DNA from: the human T2T-CHM13v2.0 reference genome, Homo sapiens
Assembly: GCF_009914755.1 (NCBI RefSeq)
Contig: NC_060929.1
DNA: 64,000 nt
Direction: 5' to 3' (one strand)
How positions within the stretch are numbered: position 1 is the stretch's first letter; each line of letters starts with the position of its first letter. A program made the translations under genes and the position numbers. The notes below the pieces were generated by a model. The model saw only the letters and a list, made by a program, of their open reading frames with translations, was not told the DNA's origin and did no database searches. Below are positions 12,760-25,851 of this stretch, piece by piece.

Positions 12760-13376
12760 ACTTTTAGATTGACAGAAAAGTTGCAGTAATATTAAAGAAA
12801 GTTCCTGTGTAGCAAGTGATATAGTTTGGCTGTGTCCTCACCCAAATTTCACCTTGAATTGTAATGATCCCCACGTGTCATGGGAGGAACCTGGTGGGAG
12901 GTAATTGAATCATGGGGGTGGTTACCTCTGTGCTGTTCTTGTGATAGTGAGTGAGTTCTCAAGAGATCTGATGGTTTTATAAGGGGCTTCCCCCTTCACT
13001 TGGCTCTTATTCTCTCCCCTGCCACTATGTGAAGAAGGATGTGTTTGCTTCCCCTTCTGCCATGATTGTAAGTTTCCCAGGGCCTTCCCAGGCATAAGAA
13101 ACTGCGAGTCGATTAAACCTCTTTTCATTATAAATTACCCAGTCTCAGGTATGTCTTTATTAGCAGCATGAGAACAGACTTATACACCAAGTCCCCCAGT
13201 TTTTCTTCAATTGTTAACATGTTACGTAACTTTAGTACAATTGTTATAATTAATGAACTAATGTTGATTTAGTATTACTAAAGTCCATATGTTATTAGAA
13301 CTTCCTTTGTTTTTACCTAATGTCCTTCTCTTATTCTAAGATCCCTTCTCAAGTTATGACATCACATTTAGTCATC
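12760..13376 (-). mobile_element. L1MC4/L1MC5-type 3' UTR fragment interrupted by THE1
   Basis: ttagattgacagaaaagttgcag ... tttttacctaatgtccttc ... acatcacatttagtcat on both sides of the THE1. Confidence 0.65.
12817..13186 (+). mobile_element. THE1 (THE1C/D-like) solo LTR
   Basis: tgatatagtttggctgtgtcc ... agaacagacttataca; 5-bp TSD gcaag/ccaag. Confidence 0.93.
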
Positions 13377-14002
13377 TCTCCATCCCTCCAAAATATATTT
13401 TCGTAATTTTCAAATATGGAATATAACCGAATGCATTGCACACTGGGATGGCTAGAATATTGAGACAAAGCAATTATGTTGCACTGGTGGAAAATGGATT
13501 ATCAAAGTGCTAATATATCCAGCCACATAAATCATGCATGACCTATAATTTCAAGATTGCATTGGAAATTTTGTATATTGAATAATATTGAGACTCAAAC
13601 TGAAAGGAATATAATATACCTTCAAAAGATCCAAAGGTAATATATTTCTAAATTTGGATAAAGTAGTTGCTACAGACATATAATAATTGTTTCAATTTTG
13701 TCAGAGAAAATAAGGTAAAAAATCCTATGTTTTATCTTGAACTATGAGAAACACAAAGATTTTCTCTAATTTAGAAGAGAAGTATTTTCAAATGGAATTT
13801 TAAAATATTATGGTGATATTTGATTCCAGATGATAGAACATATGAATTATCCTTAAATTTTCTCCTCAGTGGAAATATAGTAAGAACTAAATAATGCATA
13901 TCTCTTATATTTAAATTACAGTGTAGATTTTGCTTTGGGGCTATTAAATTCTTTATCTCAGTTGCTAGTTCAGGACATAATTCGGAACATTTCAGTATCT
14001 AA

Positions 14003-14165
14003 TAATGGCAACATTTATCAGGTACTTACTATATGCCAAACTGTTCTTTATAGTTGACATGTTTTAACTCATTTTTTCCTTGTAACAGCCCTCTGAGAAA
14101 AATACAATTATCTGCATTCTAGAGATGGGACAACTGATAAACAGAGAACAGTAAATTGCATAAGG
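14003..14165 (-). mobile_element. MIR
   Basis: acatttatcaggtacttactatatgcca...cattctagagatgggacaactga core-like sequence. Confidence 0.7.
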
Positions 14166-14217
14166 CATTTTGATTCTGGGTACCTTGATCATAAACAATA
14201 CCTTCTATTGCCTCATA

Positions 14218-14469
14218 TGTGGGGAAAACCAAAATACCGTATTACTGACATCTCTGTCACATTTCTACATGGATTCATTGAACTTAGGCATAAAAACTGC
14301 TTTCCCTTTGTCTGTGGGTCTTCATTTCTGAAGGCTGTCATGTCACATCAAACTTTGATTAAATCCATTTGTTATGCTTTTCCCTTGTTGACCTGTCTTT
14401 CGTTACAGGAGTGTGAGTCCTGGACCTTATGATGGGTGTGAAAAGGTATCACACCTTTGCACCTCTGCA
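14218..14469 (+). mobile_element. ERV1 LTR, internally deleted (MER34/MER39 family)
   Basis: gggtcttcatttctgaaggctgtcatgtcacatcaaactttgattaaat...ctgtctttcgttacagg...acctctgca. Confidence 0.65.
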
Positions 14470-14962
14470 TAGTCTGTTATATGTACCTATGTGCCTTTGA
14501 TGGCCCTTACAATGGGTGTGAAAAGGTATCTCACCTTTGTACCCCTGAACAGTGGATGTTTTATGTACCTGTGTGCACATAAACTCACGCTCCATTGTAT
14601 GCTGCATAGATCCTGATAATACAGTATATTCTGTGACAGATTACAGTAGTGAAAATGTTCCTGTGTGTCTGAAGACTATTACTTTGTTGAAAGTAAACTT
14701 TTCCATTTCAGTGGAGTCATTCGTAACTGAGAATTACAAGACATTTTATCATCTCAAGCTCTCTTGTATGGAACTCCTACAAGCTGCATTTTATCATTTC
14801 TTAGGTTTGAGGTAAGATAATCATATATTTGAGCAGGGGTTATGACATGACTCCACACATTCTCTATAGTATATAGGGAATATTTTCTTACCAGAAGAAA
14901 GGAAGCATTAATGGGTTTTTAGAAAGTTCTTGTTAGCCAATATTAAATTCAGAAAATCTAAT

Positions 14963-15341
14963 TGTATTAGTTCATTCTCTCATTGCTACAAAGAACCACC
15001 TGAGATTAGCAATTTATAAAGAAGAGAGGTTTAATTGACTCACAGTTCCTCAGGCTTTCCAGGAAGCATGACTGGGCAGGCCCCAGGAAACTTACAATCA
15101 TGGTGGAAGGCGAAGGGGAAACAGGCATGTGTTACATGTTCAGAGCAGGAGAGAGAGCTAGGGGAGATGCTACACACTTTTAAACAACAAGATCTCATGA
15201 GAACTCACTCACTATCATGAGAACAGCAAGGGGAATATCTGTGCCCATCATCCAATCACCTCCCACCAGGCCCTTCCTACAGCATTGGGGATTACAATTC
15301 GACATCAGATTTGGATGGAGACACAAATCCAAACCATATCA
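14963..15341 (-). mobile_element. MSTA solo LTR
   Basis: tgtattagttcattctc ... aaatccaaaccatatca; perfect 5-bp TSD ctaat. Confidence 0.93.
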
Positions 15342-15645
15342 CTAATGTTCCAGAAATTACATTTATTCTTCATTGCATCCCTGATTCTATTGATCACAGG
15401 ATAACTATTCCTTCAAAATGATTTGTTGTTAATATCTAACCAACACAAGAACCTTTTATTTGCTGGTCACCCTACTAATTGCTGGTGATGCAAGGGTGAA
15501 GAGTCATGCATTCAAAAGTTCACAATCCTGTGGGGAAAATTGATACATTAGTGTTATTAATATGCATGAGTCATAAAGTGTGACAATCATATGACCCCAT
15601 ATCAGTTTAAATGAATTACATCACAGACTTGACCCTCTATGAGAC

Positions 15646-15962
15646 CAGTGCTGTGTGATAGAATCATAACACAAGACAAATATTCATTCAAAAACTTAGC
15701 ATTCACTCAAATACATAAAAAGAAACAGATCATATGAATTTTAAGAATATATTTCACGTAATCCAATATATCCAAAACATCATTTATTCAACATGTAACC
15801 ATGATAAAAAACATTTTGTTGATATATTTTTTATTATTTGTTTAGTAAGTTTCAAAATCCGCTGTCTCTTTTAGACTCACAGCACATCTCTCTTCTGACT
15901 AGTCACATTTCAAGTGTCCCGTAACTGCCCGTCACTAGTGGCTAGGTTATTGGATGGTGTGG
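15646..15962 (+). mobile_element. MER33 (hAT-Charlie)
   Basis: cagtgctgtgtgatagaa ... ccaatatatccaaaa ... ctagtcacatttcaagtg ... tagtggctaggttattgga. Confidence 0.8.
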
Positions 15963-15969
15963 CTCCACA

Positions 15970-16123
15970 CCCATGCCACTCAGAGAATAGTTCTTGGACC
16001 AGCAGCATTAGCATCAGCTGTGAGCTTCTGAGGGCTACAGAATCTCATCTCTGACTTCAAACCTACTGAATATTCAAAAGATTCTCAGGTGACTCACATG
16101 CTCATTAAAGGTGAGAAGTACTT
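15970..16123. mobile_element. MER5A-like
   Basis: ggaccagcagcattagcatcagctgtgagctt...cagaatctca...acctactgaat...caggtgactcacatgctcattaaaggtgagaagtac. Confidence 0.75.
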
Positions 16124-17083
16124 TTCTAAAAGAAGTCATATAAGGAATGCCTCAGGATTTCTTATCAAGGAAAGTTGGCAAACACTGCGCTAGTCAGTTG
16201 GGCACACAAAGCCTTACTTTGTAATTCAAGCAAATGGATTCAAACAATGAATCCTAATGAAGGAAGCCAGTTCAAGAAAATAGTCTCAAAGATGTTTACA
16301 GGGATCTTCAAAACAGAAATCTTTGAAAATTTTGTGAAGCTGCCTTGACATCTATTCCATAATGAGTTATTCTGAGTGTATTTGTGTATGTATGTGTTTG
16401 TGTTTACACATGTGTGTTTATTTTGTACTATTTTTATCAAAAAATTTAGACTGATTTCTTTGATAATTAAGTATCTTTTGTTTGGACAAGCATGTTTATA
16501 AAACTGATTATGCAAAAGATAAATAAACTCACTGTGCTGATTTAACTGTTATCCACATATTAGATTCAGCAAATAATTCATAACTTCAATGACAGTTCAG
16601 AGAACAGCTGGAACTTGAGCAATCAATTATAAATGCATCTCCCCCAGGCACCTAAAGAGAATGGGAGTTTATTCCATAGTGTTAAGGATTTTTATTCTCT
16701 CAGCTACTATGCCATGTCAAATCTCATCTTTGAAATGGTGACCAAATTCTCAGAGTTACGACATGTTGCATGTGTGCATAATCAGGCAGTCAAACTTTTA
16801 TCTGGGTGATTCTCTTGTGGCTACTTATCTAGTTGAAATAAGTCCAAATATATTCTAATAAAAAAGGAAATATACGTTCAAGAGATAAAAAAAGAGTTTA
16901 TTACTGTGTCTTCTTTTCTAATATTTGCTAACTTAGTGATTAAATAAAATACTGCCTAAAAACATGAGTTTTTAAATCAGACAGGTCTAGGTTCAATTTC
17001 TGACCCTTTCACTCATTGTCTGAATACACTTGAACACATTAAATAGCATCTGAGTCTTTTTATTTTTCTTTTTTGCTTGTAGC

Positions 17084-17584
17084 TGCTGGGTGAGGTGTCA
17101 GAGTCCCAGCATCAGAAAGTGGCCAACTCGTGAGTTGGTAAGAAGAATTTACCAACAGCATAGGTTTGAAAAAAGAAAAGTTTCTTTAGAAAGAAAGAAT
17201 GCTGCAGAAGAGTGCAGCAGGGAGCCTTAGCAAGACAGGACTGAGAGCACCAGGGTGGATTTTTTCCTTAGAGGTATTTATGGACCTTCAAGCAGGAGCT
17301 GAAGGGTAATTTGGACCATAGTTGCCATTTAGGTCATGATAAATGATTACATTTGTAGACAATTTGGTGCCTTAATGTTAGCAAGAGTTACACAATCAGT
17401 TTTGATATGCATGCATTCTGTAGATGTATAGAAATTCTACTTATAAATTCTGGGGAAAGAAGCCTAGTACCTGAAGCCTGCTTTAGATAATAGAGAAGTC
17501 TAATTACTTCTGAATTCCTCACATAAGGAGTTTTACCTCTGGATGATCTGCTTGATGGCTACAAGATGATCTTTGCTCTCTTCA
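17084..17584 (-). mobile_element. ERV1 solo LTR (MER84/MER87-like) inserted in a MIR
   Basis: ~500 bp tg...ca element; minus strand begins tgaagagagcaaagatcatc...aaaactccttatgtgaggaattcagaagtaattagac. MIR-like sequence on both sides (about 16950-17060 and 17590-17680). Confidence 0.65.
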
Positions 17585-17842
17585 ACAGCTAAAGTAAAAA
17601 TGATCAGTTTTACTGGTTTATTTAAGAATTAAAGAAAATAAAAATTTTCCACATAATTAATGCTCACTTAATAGTTTCTGAAACACTTGAGGTTTCACCA
17701 TATCACATTATAGGTAAGACTCCTTTTTATTATCCTTTACTCTTACAAAAAAAAAAAAAAAAGCAACCTCTGGTCTCAAAGACTCCAGGTGTTACTTTCT
17801 CTTTGAAACTCAACTCTAAAATATATAATTCTGTAGCCCTTG

Positions 17843-17875
17843 CATCGTCATCATCGTCATCATCGTCATCATCAC
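17843..17875. repeat. (CAT/CGT)n microsatellite
   Basis: catcgtcatcatcgtcatcatcgtcatcatcac. Confidence 0.9.
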
Positions 17876-17934
17876 CCTCCTAGCTCACATTTACTGGGAC
17901 ACGTTGTTAAAAGATTTGCATACATTTTCGTGGC

Positions 17935-18179
<245 letters not shown>

Positions 18180-18421
18180 TAAGTAACTTCTTTAAATTCG
18201 CACTGTGTGAAGGCAGGGATAAATCCTGGACTGGTAATAGCAGAGACAACTCACTAAATTAAAAACATGAAGTAATTAGAAAGTTGAATACCTGTGTCAC
18301 ATCAACACTTTCCTAGGAAATATAAGACTGTAAAGCACGACTGTTTGCTTCAGAAAATTCCAGCAAACCAATTTATGTAAAATAACAATCTGTTCACCTG
18401 AAGTAATAGCTTATATATCGA

Positions 18422-18829
18422 TATTATGGGCTGAATTGTTCCCCTCTCCAAAATTCATATTGATGTCCTAACATATAGTACCTTAGAATGTGACTGTATT
18501 TGGAAATAGAATATTTAAAGAGGTCATTAAGGATCAGAAAGGCCGTGAGGATGAGTCCTAATCTGATACACGTGGTATCCCAATAAGAAGAAAGATTAGG
18601 ATATCCTGATATGAAGAAAGATGAGGACACAGATATACAGAGTGAAATACTATGTGAAGGCACAGGAAGAAGATGGCTATCAATAAGCCAAGGAGAGAGA
18701 CCTAAGAAGAAACCAACCTTGCTGACACCTTCATCTCAGACTTATAGACTCCAGAATTATACAAAATTAAATTTCTGTTGTTTAAGTCACCTACTCTATG
18801 GTACTTTGTTAAGACAATCCAAACTAGTA
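18422..18829 (+). mobile_element. MLT1B solo LTR
   Basis: ttatgggctgaattgttcccc...ccttagaatgtgactgtatttggaaatag...atttctgttgtttaagtcacc... Confidence 0.88.
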
Positions 18830-19060
18830 CAGATGCTTCTCTAATTGAGAATGTGCTTATGTCCTGATAAACTTATTATAAATAAGAAATATCAGAAGTT
18901 GAAAATGTATTTATTACCCCCCAAAACCCGTTGTAAAAATAAAAATTCATAATTTGAACCATCATAAGTCCAGATGCTCCTAAATTTATGATGGGGTTAC
19001 ATCCCAATAAACCCATGGTATTGTTGAAAACTTATCAATGAAACCATAAGTCAGAGACTG
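18830..19060 (+). mobile_element. MER47 (MER47B-like, TcMar-Tigger)
   Basis: cagatgctcc...atgatggggttacatcccaataaacccat motif present twice; preceded by TA. Confidence 0.8.
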
Positions 19061-19230
19061 TGCAATCAAGCACTACTGTTAACTACCAATATTACTGATT
19101 GGTGTAGTTTTAATGATGTCATATTATTATAAATCTAAGTCTATCCTCTCTGTGCCAGACACCTACTAATTACGTGTATTTACATTATAATCCTAGTTAT
19201 TAGAAATATCATCTAAATGTTACAATTTTT

Positions 19231-19284
19231 AATAATAATGATAATAATGATAATAATAATGATAATGATAATAATAATGGTAAT
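19231..19284. repeat. (AAT/GAT)n microsatellite
   Basis: aataataatgataataatgataataataatgataatgataataataatggtaat. Confidence 0.9.
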
Positions 19285-20729
19285 TTAACATTACAATTGC
19301 CACTTTGAAGATCTTTTATTATGAACAAAATTGTTCATTCAAGAGGTACTTTAGAAATCAAAGAAAAATGACAGAAGCATTTAATGGTCTGAATTGGGGG
19401 AAGTGGAATTAAAAGGAAGTTTACAAAATAAATTAAGATTATACAATGATTTTATTGACAAAGGTAAATATAAATGTAAAAAAGTTAAAACTGTCTTTAT
19501 GTTAGATACTCCAAGCACAATTTGAATCTAATGGCCATTACACTACTGTTTCTCTTCCCCCAACCTACACTTTAATGGTACCCCTAGCTGTTACTCTCTT
19601 CCTGGCCTACTTTCCTTTTTTATGGCTACCCAAACACTTACACAGCTAATTTACCTCTTAAGGGTAAATTCCTTTCTCAATAGGGCAAGGTTGATATTAA
19701 GAGCTGGTCTCCTTCTGTGCTGAGAACGATTATCAAGGACTTTCCAAAGCCTAGAAAAGATAGAGAAAAAAAAGATTAACAGAGGGATTTAGAATACATT
19801 TAACAATATATAATCTATTATTCTTAAGTCTATATCAATTGGTCCATATGTTATCAGGATCCTTAAACACAGAACAGTTGGAAGAAAATGAAGAATTATG
19901 AGACCTCGAGAATGATTTAAGAAAGCTGGATTTGCATAAGAAACAAGGGGGTTTGGAAAATATGTAGAACTTGGACAAAATCTTTTGAAGGCTATTTCCA
20001 ATATCTTCCTTTCGTGAGTAGAGTAGACCCTAATATAGTCCTGCAAGCAAAGAAAGAATAGTCTATTAGGCGCTTTAGGGATACTCTTCTTATCTTCTTT
20101 AGACAGCATCCATTAGTAAATCCTAATGTAGTTGAGACTGAACCTTTCTCTTCGCTTTTTGAAAAATTAATGGTGAACCTTAAACATAATACGGGCCTCT
20201 AAAGAAAGAGCATACACTATTTTATGAGAAGAACACACTTAAATTTCTATATACTTTTTGAGATATTTATATTTCTAAGAAAACTGGGAAGCAAATAAAG
20301 CATTAAATTCAGTAACATGATTGACACCCCCCTTTTTTTTCATGAACTCTAAAGAATGGGATCTGTTCTTTTCAAGCACTCTTTAGATTCTGGTTTAGAA
20401 GTGGACTATAAATTCTAGAAAACCTATTTCTTATGGTGTTAAAATATATGACTTTTGGAGTTTGAAATGTTGTTGCAAGCTGTTCTCGCATCAAATGATC
20501 CAACAAAAGATCATCCAACAAAAACAGGCAAATCTGAAGTATACAGCAGTTGAAATCGCCACCATCAGAAACATAATATGCGTTGTTACTCTTCAAAGAA
20601 CAGTACAGCTCTGAAGTAGTAAAGTCCACAGATGACCATGCTGAATCCTTCAGAATGAGTGATGAACGACCGTAAGGAGAAGCTAAGCATTGAAAGCACC
20701 TGAACCAACATTTTGCAGTCATGAAACAG

Positions 20730-21150
20730 TTATCAGTTAAGGTAAGATGATACAAAAATTAATAACTTCACTGTTTGCTTCGGGAAATTCCTGGAGATCA
20801 AATTATCTTAGACAAGAGTCTGCTCCCCTGAGGAAACAGCAAACATATCCAACAATCATTTATCAAGATTCACTTCGAGATGCTAACCTCACTGTGCCCA
20901 CCAATCCTACACATTTATGTAGTGAACATTGATCGTCAAATCTAAGCCAATTCAACACCTTGTTAGATATACATACCTTAAACCACTTGACCCAGACTTT
21001 AAAACCTTATAATTATCTTTCTTTTGTGTTTCCTTTTCTGAGAGACTGCTGAAATTTTGTTAAGATGGTATTTTCTGTTATGACAATGAGTTCCAATAAA
21101 TGTATTTTATTATATTAACAAGCTATCTGGTGATATTTGGGGGAGTTGAC
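20730..21150 (+). mobile_element. Old ERV1 LTR (MER90-like)
   Basis: ctgagagactgctgaaattttgttaagatggtattttc...aataaa...tctggtgatatttgggggagttgac. Confidence 0.55.
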
Positions 21151-21364
21151 CTATCACAGTATTTTATAATGGAAAGGACAACAAAATTGGAATAAAAGAC
21201 CTTGGTTGGATTCATTACTTCAGTTAACTGAGGCACATAAAACAGGTGCCTAATATTTTCATACAATATTTTTGTGGGTGAACTTAGAATAACAATTATT
21301 TTTCTTCCTGCATCATAATATTCCTAATACAGTAATGGAATATGATGGCAAAATTAAAACAGCC

Positions 21365-21440
21365 TTGTAAAAACTGAACGGTTACACAAATATAAAACTT
21401 TGCTTAGTTTCATATTTGTATAACCGTTCAGTTTTTACAA
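21365..21440. repeat. Inverted repeat: 35-bp arms, 6-nt spacer, 2 mismatches
   Basis: ttgtaaaaactgaacggttacacaaatataaaact / ttgctt / agtttcatatttgtataaccgttcagtttttacaa. Confidence 0.97.
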
Positions 21441-22735
21441 AGTGTGCATAAAACTGACCACCTAGGCCAGAACACTCTCAAAAGTAAGGGTGCCACTATT
21501 TTTATAGTCCTAAGATCCATGTCATAAAGGAGAACTATCCCAGTCAAAGTCCTATAAATCATTGCTCAATTATTCCTGTAAGTTCAAGTTACTTCTTTTA
21601 TTCAGGCAATTCTCTTCACCGCCACAGCTACTACCAGCACCAACTGCAAAAAAACTCTTCTATCTTTGGGAAGATCCTCAGGGAAACCATATCTGACTTA
21701 AGTTTAGGGCCACAAAATTAATTCAAATAAAGCACTATGAAGACAAAAATATGATTTTGGTAATTTCTGCCTCCTGAAATCTCAAGGTTGTTTTTTTTTT
21801 TTCTTAGTATCTGGGACAAGTGAACCAAGTAGGTATATAAATAAAAATTAGCTAAATTTTTCCAGTTGTATTTAGTTGTGTTCTGCCTCTTCACTAAACA
21901 TCTACACAGAGAAGTTAAGAAATAGCTAAATGTAGTAAAGTACTCAAGTTAGTTTGGAAAAATGAGCAGCGAGAAAAAAAGGACAAGTGCTGTAAATGAT
22001 TTACATACCAGATAGCAGGCTCCTGACAAATAGAGCTTCCATTTTATTTTGTTTTCATTATTTCAAGGTGCATAATTTAAAAATCGAGTTCACTGTGTCA
22101 CATACCAGGATACTTAATCTTCTCTAAAATGACATTGTTGAATGGTGTCATATTTCAGGTGGAAATTGAAACTAGGCACCTACAAAATAACACGCATCAT
22201 GAAAACGTTAATCACAAAAATCTGCCAAACTCTGGAATTAAAAATGAATGCATATAAAACAAGAATTAAAACATTTTATTACATTGTCATTCTTTTTCTA
22301 TCTCTGTATTTTTAAATACCGTGAGATAACTAAAACTAAAATTTCGCTTATTTTTTAATTGTTAACTTTGAATTTAAGTTGGATGATAAAATAATTATAC
22401 AGAATAAAAAGTCAAGTGAGTGGATATTTTAGTATATTCCTTTTTATTTTACAATGCTTTTTTTCAAAACTGATAAATTATCAGTGAACTGAAGAATATA
22501 AAATATTTTGTTTAAATAATTTATCCTTTAAGAAAAGGCAAAATACATTAGAATAAAAAACAAGGTATTTTGGAAAGACAGAGTATAAGTAATAACTCAT
22601 TTCATAAACATGAAAATGTTTAGAATAAAAACCTTATAAAATTTTATGGGTTAGTATCATCTAAAAAGGAATCATTTAAAAAAATACAGTAATAACATTT
22701 TAAAAGGATGCAACAAAAACTTTCTGGATTATATT

Positions 22736-22741
22736 GTGTGT

Positions 22742-22782
<41 letters not shown>

Positions 22783-22791
22783 AGAGAGAGA
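22736..22791. repeat. (TG)n microsatellite followed by short (GA)n
   Basis: Seen directly. Confidence 0.95.
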
Positions 22792-22870
22792 GGAAAGAAG
22801 AGAAAGAGAGAGAACAAAAGAGAAGCAACCCAGGAGGTCAGAAGAAATGGTCAAAATGTGTTAAATTCCA

Positions 22871-23183
22871 GGTCAGGAATTGTAGCTCACACCTGTAATC
22901 TTAGCACTTTGAAAAGCTAAGATAGGAGAACTGCTTGAGGCCAGAAGCTCAAAATCAGCCTGGGAAACACAGTGAGACTCTATCTCTAAAAAAAAAAAAA
23001 AAAAAAAATTAAAAATTAGCCTGGCATGATGGCACATGCATATAGTCCCAGCTACTTGGGGGCTGAGACAGGAAGATTCCTTGAGCCCAGAGAGTCAAGG
23101 CTGCAGGAACTATGATCACATCACTGCACTCCAGCCTGGGTGACAGAATGACACCTTGTCTTTAAAAATTAAAAAAAAAAAAA
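22871..23183 (+). mobile_element. AluJ (Jo/Jr-like)
   Basis: Diverged dimeric Alu with expanded A linker; TSD-like gttaaattcca/gataaattcta. Confidence 0.92.
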
Positions 23184-24287
23184 GATAAATTCTAAACTAC
23201 ATAATATAATAAAAAGTAAACTTATCTATTATATTAGTAATAGTATTTTTTGTGATTTACTAAAAATTAAACGTTTTTCTTAGACTGGATTATGTTTTAA
23301 AATTAATTTTTCTCAAAAATATTTTTAAATACATTTTACTATTATACTCGGCATTTCTCAATTATGGTGGAGATAAATATATATTTTTACATACTATTTG
23401 CATTTTTGAGTATATATTTATCTGATTAGTGAAAACAAATTGTATTGCTACTCTTGTTTCTCCCTTTAAGAAACCAACATACTAATTATTCCTTACTTTA
23501 ATTTGTTTAATTTCAAAATCTAGATAAAATAATTATTCAGTAAAAATGATGGTTACCTAGATTGCATCATTGAATAGTAAGGAATTGTATTCAGAATGCT
23601 AACAAATTTTAAAAGTTTATGTAATCCCTAAGAGATTATTGAACACCAAATTGTAGCTCTGATTAATTTAGTTAAAGAAGCATTTCACATTCCCTGTGTT
23701 TTATTGATTGACATGATTCTTCTAGTGAAATTATAAACTGCATTGCTATATTTTACTTTAACAATGATTCTTGTATTGTTGCTATATGAAAACCAAATGC
23801 AAGACGAGAAAGAACTGATTTCATTTTTAACATATCACCAAAAATAAATAAAAATGCAATTCCACAGAACACTGGCAAATGTGTTTTTATGAAAATGCAA
23901 CTGAAGAATTTAAAGTTTGAAAACACACAGGTAAACAATTCACATTTCCTAATTTTATGGTATTAAAAATTTGTTCATAAAAAAGACTAGCAATAAAGTA
24001 TATTTTAAATTTGCTGTTTGCTCTGTAATTTGGATTTCAAAATGACCCTCCCTAAAGAATGCAATAGTTGTTTTCTTCTGTGAGTTATTTTAAAATCACA
24101 AAAAAATCTTGAATTTAAAATTTTAATGCTAGCTGAAGTAAATGCAGTGATTTCTTAAATAGTTTAGCAAGAATCAAAGTTTTGTTTTCTTTTTCTTTTT
24201 TTTCTGAAATGCAAGAGGGATGTACTTCTCAAAGAAACTACTTCAAACAGAATACAGATAAAAATGTATTTACAGGGCTTTGAGTAG

Positions 24288-24678
<391 letters not shown>

Positions 24679-25851
24679 TGATTTTGGGAGCGCTACTGGT
24701 TGTTATTTCCCTGTAACTAAGGTTTAACTAAGCGCTAAATGGAAATTTCCACATAGGTGCAAGGAAAAATCATTATGAGAAAATGGAAATTCAGGAAAGT
24801 TCAAGAAAATACAGCCTTTCATATTTAATTATGTAAGAATTAATGACTGTCTTTGAATCAACTTGATAATTATCTTTTTATAGTACAAAAACTCATACCT
24901 TATTCAGACCTGAATCATTTTAAAATGTGTGGCATTGAGCTTGAACTCACAAGTTTTATGTTGTAAATACTTGTTGAATCCAACACATTGTGATTCCTGC
25001 TCTTATTTTCCTACAGAAACTACTAATTGATCTTAAGGATTTCACTCAAAAATAAAGTAACCCAATTTAATAATTCCATTATAAGACAGTGTATAACTAT
25101 TCACACATTCAGAAATATGGTACAGAAAGAAAATGGTTACATATTTTCCCTCTGTGTGTTATGCTTGTAATATGGCTTTCCATTTTGACTCACTGTTCTC
25201 AAAATTCATTAAGTAGTAATGTTTCACAATTTTTTGAAGAATTCAATGAGCATTTTTTGTGTGTTAACTCAGTTTTCACTGATACTAGGAGCCCAACTGT
25301 GCAGACATCCTGGGTAAACAGCAAACAGCAGCAGCTTTCCAATAATATCTATTGACATGCTCATCTCTGCTACAACACATTTAGTTAGTGCTCTTGAATT
25401 ACACTTCAAGGTTTCTCTACTAGAGCCATGGCTGTTTTCTTCTATTTAATGTTTGCTACTATATACATCTGCCATCTGAATCATAGTGTAACTACTCTTT
25501 GGGCCGACAAGAATTCATTTTATGGGAAAGACAAGACACTTCTCACTTATCGAAAACAGAGTGGCCATACATCTACACATTTAATTACTGAATCTATTAA
25601 ATACACATTTTAAGTAATTATTCTGTGCTCATCACTGTGCTGCAAAAAATAAGGGTAGATTAAGATACAGGTCTCCATGTCATGGACGCCAAGGTTTAGG
25701 GTTAAGACTTTACATAAAAATCAAATAGCTATAAAATAATTTGATAATTCTGATTACTTTCATCTGCTTTGGATGGGAAGAAGGGCTTCCTAGAAGAGAG
25801 GAGTCAGGAAAATTGTAACCTGTATCTTGCTAATAAACTCATTCCCTTACT

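Noticed and set aside
21365-21440. Hairpin as MADE1/miR-548 family
   Set aside because: Lacks the MADE1 TIR (ttaggttggtgcaaaagtaattg).
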